A stretch of DNA of 45,345 nt from Candidatus Micrarchaeota archaeon (lineage in GTDB: Archaea; Micrarchaeota; Micrarchaeia; Anstonellales; Bilamarchaeaceae): the NCBI GenBank assembly GCA_043816005.1, contig JBDRIM010000040.1:1-45345 (forward strand). Reading direction: 5' to 3'. Under the pieces are notes generated by a model that made no database searches, was not told the DNA's origin, and saw only the letters and a list, made by a program, of their open reading frames with translations. The position numbers were made by a program, and so were the translations under genes. This document shows positions 37,932 through 45,345 of the stretch, piece after piece (position 1 is the stretch's first letter; every line of letters begins with the position of its first letter).

Positions 37932-40900
37932 TCAGTGGAATGGTTTATCTGCACCATCATGATCCATTATCTGTCTACTTACAGCTCCATGTACTGCATC
38001 AACCATTTTTTCAGCTCTTTCTCTGGCATTGGCAAGTTCAAGTTCTGCTTCACCTTTGGCACGACTATAAGAAGCAAGTTTAACATCAAGGCTTGTCCAT
38101 AATTCAACTTGATCTGGTGGTGCCAAACGTTTTTCTACTTGATCAAAATGTTGGTCTCTAGCACGCTCAAATTTTCTCTCGGATTTAGTATCGCCAGACC
38201 GTTCAGCTATATCACGTTGTTGCTCTGCTTCACGTGCCCTCGTTAAACTAAATAACGATTCTCGGTACATTTCCGCAGACGTATCATCTCCAGCTAGTCT
38301 ATATTTTTCTGATTGTTCAGCTAATGTTGTTGCGGTTTTAACATAATCAGTGTCTTCAAATGTTTTTTGTTTGCCAACAATGATTGGACCGGTGTCATAG
38401 GAAATACCAGATAGAAATTGTTCACGTTCAGTATGGCCTAGACCTTCTCGCACCCGTTGTTGTGTCTCCTGTTCGTGACGCTGCATATCAATCAAAGTAC
38501 CTTCAGAAGATTGACTACCAACTGGATCCAAAAGACCAGCGTCATGATATCTAATTTGAGTTAAATTTGCTTGTGCAATCTTGTCAAAAGCAGCAGCATG
38601 TGCTTCCATCATAGGTTCAAACCCTTTTGGTAATAATTTCCTATGTTCATCATCTAACGACTTAGCTTGGGACCACAAGTCTTGATGAACTGCGATTTCA
38701 ACTGCATGAATGGATGCTTCCTGTGCTCTCTCTGATGCCATACGATCGGTGTTATTGAAATGAATCATTGCTCCTACATGGGTATCTGGAGAGTAGCCAC
38801 CATGCCCAACCCCTTCGTTTGTATTTAATGCTACTTTAACTGCTGCATATTCTGCAACTTGTGCCCGCACACCATCTGGAAGTTTTGATATATCAGCTTG
38901 ACCAGATCTTAAAACCAATTCAGTAGCTTGTGTTGGACTTTCTTGAGCACGATAAACCAATGTAGCAGATTCACATAATTGAGCAAATTGTCTTGGGGGT
39001 ATATTCTCCATTTGTCTTGCAGCATCAACACCCATGTGGTCAACCATACCTGCCCTAAGATCTTTTGCAGCAGAATTTATGGTGTTTACTGCATGACTTA
39101 AACTTATATCTGCTCGATCAAGAAAAGCTCTGGCCTCTTTTTCGGTTGGTGGTTTCCCCCCATAATCTGGATCTGGAGTTTTCATAAGATGATCGATAAC
39201 CGCAGCCTCAAGCTCATGTGTTCTCATTCTTTCAAGATTTGGCAGTGATGTTGTACGGACAAGATCATCAATAACAGTTCCAGTAACACGCAATGCTTTT
39301 TCTTCAGTTTTATCCTGAATAGGATCAAAAGTATCTAGAAAACCTTCTGCTGCTCTAGCCCCAAAATCAGCTCTAAATAGATTACCATGTTGAGTACCAA
39401 AAGTAGCTTGATTGTCCAGGGTTTCACCTAATTTAAGTGTAGTAGCAGCTGCTTCTTCAGGTTTTCCCACAGGTTTTCCAAGAGCCACCTCAATTGCACG
39501 AGTAGCTTCAACAGTAGTAGCGGCTTTCAAAAGTTCCTTACCTTCAGGAGTGTTTATAACATTTTCACCAAATTTTTCATGTAATTCAGCTCCCTTAGTA
39601 ATTAATGCAGCAGTAAGATGTTCTGAAGCTTCTTGATATTGAATTGCAGATTCTTGGCATATAGCAAGGAAAGTATCTGGTTTAGATGTTATGCTACCCT
39701 CAGAAATAAGATTACCAAGACCAGAAAGGATAGGTACTTTGCTAGTTGAATCCTGTGGCATTGTTGGGGTGTCCCCTAATTTAAGACCACTGACATTTTC
39801 TCCGTTTGTTGCAGGAGCAGCCATGGCCCTTATGGTTTCTGCTTGTTTTGCATCAACGGGTTTACCATCCGCACCAGTTACGGTTCCATCAGCTGCTACC
39901 ATATACTTTTGTGGCTCTGGTGGAGGAGTACCAGCAGGGGCCTTAGGATCAGCAGGGGGGGTAACACTAAGTTTAGTAGACCCATCAGTAGCAGGTTCTG
40001 CAATTACTTTTGATCCGTCTTTAGTCTCATAACCCATACTAGTAACTTGGCCAGTTTTATTATCCATTGTTACATCTACTTTTGCTTGAGCAGGAGGTAC
40101 TGGTGTTTCTGTTTTTTGTTCTCCTGCTTTTGGTGCTTCTCCTGTTGTTGTACCTGCTGCTGGTTGACCGGTTGTTACCGCAGGTTCTGCTACTTTTGCT
40201 GGTTCTGCTGCTTTTGTACCATCTGCTGCTACTGGCACTTCAGGTGGTTTTTCTTCCTTTGCAGGTGCAACAAAAGTTACAGTTGTTGTTGGACCTGCAA
40301 CAGGAACCATTTCTGGTTTGCCATCTTCGCCTATAACAGGTTTACCGGTTTCATCAAGTTTTGGCACTTCCACCACAGAAGGTTCGAATTTTTCAATTGC
40401 AAGTGGTTTTCCGTCTGGAGTTTCCACTTTAAGATTTCCATTAGCATCTGTTTGTGATTTTACATTTGCTTGCGCGTCAGCTACCCCTTTAACCCCTGCT
40501 CGCTCTAGAGATACAATTGGATCGAATTGCCCCCCACATGCAGTTGTAATTGAAGAAGCAAGTTGAAGGATAGGGATATTCATTACAAGACCTAGCCCTA
40601 TAGTAGTAAGACCAGCTGCTAAATTCAAACCAAATGCTTTAAAACCAGATTCTCCACCACCCCATTTTTGCATAAGACCTGCACCAGTATTACGATTATC
40701 AGACATACCTGATCGAATTTGACCGCCAGCGCCAACTTCAACACTACCACGTGAACCTTCTTTTGGAGTTGCCCCTGCACGTAATTGTTGGCCTGATTTA
40801 GTTCCTCCTTTTGCTGCCGCTGCGGCTTTGGCCTCCCTATTAGACTTTAATCCTTGTTTAGTTCTGCCAATACCAGAAACAAGAAAAACGCTGTTTTTTG

Positions 40901-41795
40901 CTGTTGTATTTCCAACCTGCCGATATGCTTGTGCAGTGGTTAGTTCCGTTGCACCTTTTTTACCATCTTTAACGGCCTTTGCTGCCTCTGCTTTTGCTTT
41001 TTTTACTTGATTGACAGTACCTGCAATGGACATACCTGCTTGAACCAAAGACATCAGATTAAGAGAAAACCCACGACCTTTGGCCTGATACCTAATATGT
41101 TTCCCCATTCTTGGACTGCCAAGATTAAAAACACCAAACGGATTTTGTCCACTAAGATAAAGTGCACCGCCAAGCAAAGCAAAAATTATTATCAATGGAA
41201 GGCACATTGCAGGCGTAGCAACATAATTTGATGGTGGAGCACAATAATTGCTCACAGTAACATCAGGAAGAAATTTTCCATCATTAAGAACTGCTGGTGG
41301 AACTGATCCTGCAGGAGCAGGGATACTACTTGCATTAAGAATTTCTTCTCCGGGTAGAGTATTATAATAGTACCCAGCTTCAGAATGTAGACCAGAAAAA
41401 GACAAACATTCTGCAAACCCGCAATTGGCAGATTCGTCCGCACAAAAAGGACAGTAAAGAACTTTCATGTCAACGCATGCTTGAGCCCAATTGGTAAAAT
41501 CAAAGGTTGCTTGCCCCTCATCGTCGGTATAAACTTTATAGATTTCAGGATCCATGTCACTTGAATTTGTCAGCTCTATAATCAAGATGGCATTATTGAT
41601 TGGTACTCTAGAGGGGGAACCACTATTGTTTTCATAGAATGCAAAAATGTTTATGGCAGTGTTGTCACTGTCCAAAATTACCAAAAGCCGACCATTGGGA
41701 GCATTGACAAAATCTGCACAATCAACACATGTTTCAACAGCAAAAATTAATCCAACAAGAATAAACACAGCCAAAAGAATTGGACCTGATTTCAT
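37932..41795 (-). CDS. Large membrane protein (1287 aa) with signal peptide, Cys-rich exported domain and P/A/T/K low-complexity region
   Basis: Start reassigned to MKSGPILLAVFILVGLIFA; TM helix LPLIIIFALLGGALYL. Confidence 0.8.
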   Translation of the reverse strand: MKSGPILLAVFILVGLIFAVETCVDCADFVNAPNGRLLVILDSDNTAINIFAFYENNSGSPSRVPINNAILIIELTNSSDMDPEIYKVYTDDEGQATFDFTNWAQACVDMKVLYCPFCADESANCGFAECLSFSGLHSEAGYYYNTLPGEEILNASSIPAPAGSVPPAVLNDGKFLPDVTVSNYCAPPSNYVATPAMCLPLIIIFALLGGALYLSGQNPFGVFNLGSPRMGKHIRYQAKGRGFSLNLMSLVQAGMSIAGTVNQVKKAKAEAAKAVKDGKKGATELTTAQAYRQVGNTTAKNSVFLVSGIGRTKQGLKSNREAKAAAAAKGGTKSGQQLRAGATPKEGSRGSVEVGAGGQIRSGMSDNRNTGAGLMQKWGGGESGFKAFGLNLAAGLTTIGLGLVMNIPILQLASSITTACGGQFDPIVSLERAGVKGVADAQANVKSQTDANGNLKVETPDGKPLAIEKFEPSVVEVPKLDETGKPVIGEDGKPEMVPVAGPTTTVTFVAPAKEEKPPEVPVAADGTKAAEPAKVAEPAVTTGQPAAGTTTGEAPKAGEQKTETPVPPAQAKVDVTMDNKTGQVTSMGYETKDGSKVIAEPATDGSTKLSVTPPADPKAPAGTPPPEPQKYMVAADGTVTGADGKPVDAKQAETIRAMAAPATNGENVSGLKLGDTPTMPQDSTSKVPILSGLGNLISEGSITSKPDTFLAICQESAIQYQEASEHLTAALITKGAELHEKFGENVINTPEGKELLKAATTVEATRAIEVALGKPVGKPEEAAATTLKLGETLDNQATFGTQHGNLFRADFGARAAEGFLDTFDPIQDKTEEKALRVTGTVIDDLVRTTSLPNLERMRTHELEAAVIDHLMKTPDPDYGGKPPTEKEARAFLDRADISLSHAVNTINSAAKDLRAGMVDHMGVDAARQMENIPPRQFAQLCESATLVYRAQESPTQATELVLRSGQADISKLPDGVRAQVAEYAAVKVALNTNEGVGHGGYSPDTHVGAMIHFNNTDRMASERAQEASIHAVEIAVHQDLWSQAKSLDDEHRKLLPKGFEPMMEAHAAAFDKIAQANLTQIRYHDAGLLDPVGSQSSEGTLIDMQRHEQETQQRVREGLGHTEREQFLSGISYDTGPIIVGKQKTFEDTDYVKTATTLAEQSEKYRLAGDDTSAEMYRESLFSLTRAREAEQQRDIAERSGDTKSERKFERARDQHFDQVEKRLAPPDQVELWTSLDVKLASYSRAKGEAELELANARERAEKMVDAVHGAVSRQIMDHDGADKPFH

Positions 41796-41878
41796 GCTAT
41801 AATAAAATTTGCTAAATTTATAAATACGATAGTAAGAACAAGAAACAGTATGGGAAACATTTAAATGGCTAAGGGAGA

Positions 41879-43090
41879 ATGGTAAATATGGTTGAGTGGC
41901 GTAAATATTTGCTGTTGTTATTACTCTTACCAACCATATTCGCATCTAGTATTTCTCCGTTGGGTAAAGACGATATAATGCTCATGGTTCCACTAACTGT
42001 TATGATCATTATTGCCCTCCTGGCAATAACAAGAATGATCTCAAATGCCATTTCAAATCCAAAATTAGATGCATGGGTAAAAACAGAAATTCGCGAACTT
42101 GTTGCTGCTCTTATAATAATAAGTGCTCTAACTGGTGCAACATTAGCAGCAACAGGATTGGGAAAAGTACTAACAAATGAAAATGATGCTGTTGCAGCGG
42201 CAATAGATATAATAGATACAAAATGGATAGACAAATTCGATGACGCATTTAAAACCACCATAGTTGCTGCCGGAAAAATAAAGAGCGCGGCAACTTATTC
42301 CCCTTCTATGAGTATCCCACTTTGGTTTGTTTCACTTAGCTATACCACTAACCCCCTAGCTGGTGCAATGCTTCTTCTTACACCGTTGACAATGTCAGTT
42401 CAAGCACTTACAAATGCAATATTTCTATCAGAAGGAATGCGATTGTTATTGAGTTACTCTGCAGTGATAACACCACAAATTTTGCTGCCTGGTGCATTCA
42501 TAGTAAGATTAATCCCATTCACAAGAAAATTAGGAAATACACTTATTGCTTTGGCAATAGCACTCCATGTATTTCTTCCATTCTCAATAATATTAGTAGA
42601 TAGATTAAATGATACCATAGACCGACCAAATCCCACAATGGACACTAGTATGTTAGATGGTGGGGCTGAAGCAATGACTTATGCTGCACTTCTTTGCAAA
42701 TTAAAACCAGCAAGAGTGCTTCTTGGACTTGGAGATTATCCTTTTGCACTCATTGTTTGTTCTCCGTTATTATTCATACCTGGAGGACAAGCTGCATTTC
42801 CAGGTTGTGTGCTTCTTGTACAAAACGTAGTATATCCGATTATACAACTTGTAATGCAAATATCATTCACAGTAACAAATTTAGCATGGGAAGGACTTGT
42901 ATCAGGTTTGAATTATGAAGAAGGTGCATTTGATCAGGTAATGCCGTTCTTAAGAGAAGTCAGTAACTTAGTATTTCTTACCTATTTGAATTTGATATTA
43001 ATAGCAACAATAACAATATCTGGAGCAAGAAGTCTTTCAGGCGCACTTGGTGGAGAAATATACATGTTCGGGGTGCAACGATTGGTATGA
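41879..43090 (+). CDS. Polytopic membrane protein, possible VirB6/CedA-like (paralog 1)
   Basis: AWVKTEI and RLIPFTRKLGNTLIALAI motifs. Confidence 0.75.
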   Translation: MVNMVEWRKYLLLLLLLPTIFASSISPLGKDDIMLMVPLTVMIIIALLAITRMISNAISNPKLDAWVKTEIRELVAALIIISALTGATLAATGLGKVLTNENDAVAAAIDIIDTKWIDKFDDAFKTTIVAAGKIKSAATYSPSMSIPLWFVSLSYTTNPLAGAMLLLTPLTMSVQALTNAIFLSEGMRLLLSYSAVITPQILLPGAFIVRLIPFTRKLGNTLIALAIALHVFLPFSIILVDRLNDTIDRPNPTMDTSMLDGGAEAMTYAALLCKLKPARVLLGLGDYPFALIVCSPLLFIPGGQAAFPGCVLLVQNVVYPIIQLVMQISFTVTNLAWEGLVSGLNYEEGAFDQVMPFLREVSNLVFLTYLNLILIATITISGARSLSGALGGEIYMFGVQRLV

Positions 43091-44085
43091 AATCAATTTG
43101 GATATTATTGTTGTTGATTTCAATCACATACTCAGTTGGTTGTGTAGACAATGCAACACAAACGGTTTTGATAGAACAAGGTGGCACAATAGGAGCAGTT
43201 ATTGGCTTCACAATAGTTCTCATCGCAGTTGCATATATGGTCGGAAGTTCAATGAATGAAACACAGTGGATTGTCTTTGCAAAGGATGAAATATACCACC
43301 TTGGATTCTCAATATTGTTCTTAATTGCATTCAGCGGAATAATTATTGGTACATGCACAACAATGGACATGTTTTTCGATAAATTATTTGATAGTTTTGG
43401 AACTTTGTCATCTGGATGTCACCATGATGGAGACACTATGCAGCAAACAGCAACATGTTATATGGACAAGATGAAACGAGATTCTTTAAGAATTTCACAA
43501 ACATATATTGATGGCTATATCAGCCAGATAATGGATTCTACTTTCTCAATGAGTCTTGCAATACCACTGCTTAATAGTTATACTATGACCGGCGATGCAT
43601 ACAAAAGAATAAGATCAAACCAATACGATATGATATTGAACTCATTTCTTGTGCCAGCACTTATGAGTATTAATATGCAACAAATAATGCTGAATTTTAT
43701 AAAGGAAAATATAATACAGTGGGTACTTCCCGTTGCATTTTTACTTAGAATATTCATACCAACGCGACAAATGGGGGACCTATTAATAGCTCTTGTTATA
43801 GGGATCTATATTGTGATACCATTCATGTACGTATTCAACTTTTCCATGTACGATGTAGTTGGCACACCTGAAAATTGTGAACCATTTGCAGAAGGGATAT
43901 GTGACTCGGTAGTAGATGGTAATTGCCAAAGTCCAGTAAATTCCGATGTTGTATGTAACAATACAGCAGGATTTTGGTCTGTTGGACGATTGATACCATT
44001 TGCATTCTTCTTACCAAATTTAACTCTTGTGATATTCTTTGCATTCATGAACGCAGTACATAAAGGACTCAAGGCGATCGGATGA
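43087..44085 (+). CDS. Polytopic membrane protein, possible VirB6/CedA-like (paralog 2)
   Basis: VFAKDEI and RIFIPTRQMGDLLIALVI motifs; ATGA-coupled. Confidence 0.75.
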   Translation: MKSIWILLLLISITYSVGCVDNATQTVLIEQGGTIGAVIGFTIVLIAVAYMVGSSMNETQWIVFAKDEIYHLGFSILFLIAFSGIIIGTCTTMDMFFDKLFDSFGTLSSGCHHDGDTMQQTATCYMDKMKRDSLRISQTYIDGYISQIMDSTFSMSLAIPLLNSYTMTGDAYKRIRSNQYDMILNSFLVPALMSINMQQIMLNFIKENIIQWVLPVAFLLRIFIPTRQMGDLLIALVIGIYIVIPFMYVFNFSMYDVVGTPENCEPFAEGICDSVVDGNCQSPVNSDVVCNNTAGFWSVGRLIPFAFFLPNLTLVIFFAFMNAVHKGLKAIG

Positions 44086-45345
44086 AATTTTTAATAACTG
44101 TTTTATTATTCACAATATTACTTGCAACATTTGCGTTTGCAGAAACAGCATCAGATGCATTTATAGATCACACAACAGGCTCTGAAAAAGCAGATTTTGA
44201 AATAATAAATAATTGGCAGGCTCTTGCAGTTATAGCTTTGGTTCTTTCTAGCATTCTTGTTGCAATAGCTTATATGATAGGAACAGGTTTTGAAATGCCT
44301 GAATTACAAGCATGGGCAAAGACAGAATTTGTACAAATAATAACTAATGCAATCATAATTCTTGCACTGTTCGCCACAGTTGTTTTTGTGAATTTAATTG
44401 TGCTTAGTGTAGCTTATGAAAGTGATCTTGGTCTTTCAGAATGTAATATTGGGACTGGGGCAACTGGAGGAGTTGATTGTCTTAAAGCAGTAACAAGTAA
44501 TTATCTTAGTACGCAAATTACAGATAACATAGAAAAAAGTGCAAAGGCTGTTCTTAAAAGTAATACAAAAGACAGTGCATGGGCTGCGAGAAGACTTGGA
44601 ATTAATTGTATAAGTTTGGTTTATTGCGTACAATTAGGTATAAACATGGGGTTCTGGGGCCATTATGCCCTTAATACTGATATGTATGCGATTGTCTTTG
44701 AACATTATACCAATCTTTTGGCATTTATAGGAGCACAACGATTTTTTGTTGAAGAGATAAGTTTCAAAATGGCTCCGGCTGTTCTTGCTGTTGGCATAGT
44801 TGCACGTAGTTTCTTCTTTACTAGAAAACTAGGTGGATTGCTTATGGCTATAGCAATAGGGTGTATGTTCTTTTTCCCTGGGATGTACATCTTTGATTGG
44901 GTTACGTTAGACATGGCAACAAATGGTGACCCTGCAGGAACTGGACAGGATGAACGCAATTGTCCGGCAGAGTGTCTTATCCCCTCGCCACTTGTATATT
45001 CAGACGCTGGTGTACTCAAAACAAAAGATGATGTTTATCTTGCATTTGCTCCAGAAGACAATGTAACTGCAAAGGAACTTATAGATGGGACGAGGGACTT
45101 TGCCGCAGCAACTACAACTAATTCCAGCAGCCCTTCTTATGGGAAAATACTTAAGTCATGTAACAGTATAGCATTAGGATATGCTGCCTGTCCAAAAGTG
45201 TGTAGAGAACTTCCATATCCACCCACATCGGATTGTGTTGTTCACAATGATACTGCTTTTGTAGCAAAATCATGTGCAATGCTCCCGGAAGCGTGTAAAG
45301 TAAAACGACTTGTTCCACCACAAAACCAGGATGCTACACAATCAC
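44082..45345 (+). CDS. Polytopic membrane protein, possible VirB6/CedA-like (paralog 3; 3'-partial; not in the ORF track)
   Basis: MKFLITVLLF..., AWAKTEF, RSFFFTRKLGGLLMAIAI, then Cys-rich CPAEC..CPKVC; ATGA-coupled. Confidence 0.75.
   Translation, partial: MKFLITVLLFTILLATFAFAETASDAFIDHTTGSEKADFEIINNWQALAVIALVLSSILVAIAYMIGTGFEMPELQAWAKTEFVQIITNAIIILALFATVVFVNLIVLSVAYESDLGLSECNIGTGATGGVDCLKAVTSNYLSTQITDNIEKSAKAVLKSNTKDSAWAARRLGINCISLVYCVQLGINMGFWGHYALNTDMYAIVFEHYTNLLAFIGAQRFFVEEISFKMAPAVLAVGIVARSFFFTRKLGGLLMAIAIGCMFFFPGMYIFDWVTLDMATNGDPAGTGQDERNCPAECLIPSPLVYSDAGVLKTKDDVYLAFAPEDNVTAKELIDGTRDFAAATTTNSSSPSYGKILKSCNSIALGYAACPKVCRELPYPPTSDCVVHNDTAFVAKSCAMLPEACKVKRLVPPQNQDATQS

Noticed and set aside
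39412..41443. Several + strand ORFs and one short - strand ORF within the large gene
   Set aside because: Antisense or off-frame shadows of low-complexity coding sequence
41796..41945. First 50 codons of the 1337-aa ORF
   Set aside because: Overlaps the divergent gene and promoter region; the signal peptide starts at 41795

Overview
AT-rich archaeal chromosomal segment, probably DPANN and Micrarchaeota-like (inferred from gene content and style, not proven). It is mostly housekeeping: proS, RecJ/GAN-like DHH, rtcA, nac, rps3ae, rps15, rdgB, csl4, rpoL, an intein-containing lonB, tldD/pmbA, thpR, the SBDS-exosome-rpl37ae-rpoP-pfdB superoperon, purA, uppP, scpB and AK6. There are three tRNAs. 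The left edge is the end of an element integrated at tRNA-Val (tyrosine integrase plus a Zn-ribbon/Vsr-like nuclease). The right edge holds three paralogous VirB6/CedA-like membrane genes. The most unusual signal is non-coding: seven double-hairpin units sit exactly on the start codons of rps3ae, rps15 and purA, duplicate the host ATGNCA, supply a new Shine-Dalgarno, show compensatory stem changes and have grown by nested hairpin insertion. A second palindromic family forms long (133 and 117 nt) introns in tRNA-Val and tRNA-Ser. Other oddities are a cysteine-free Rpo12, a CTG-initiated RdgB, a very His-rich repeat protein and an ADP-ribosyltransferase-like orphan. All calls come from motif recognition by eye; no searches were run.
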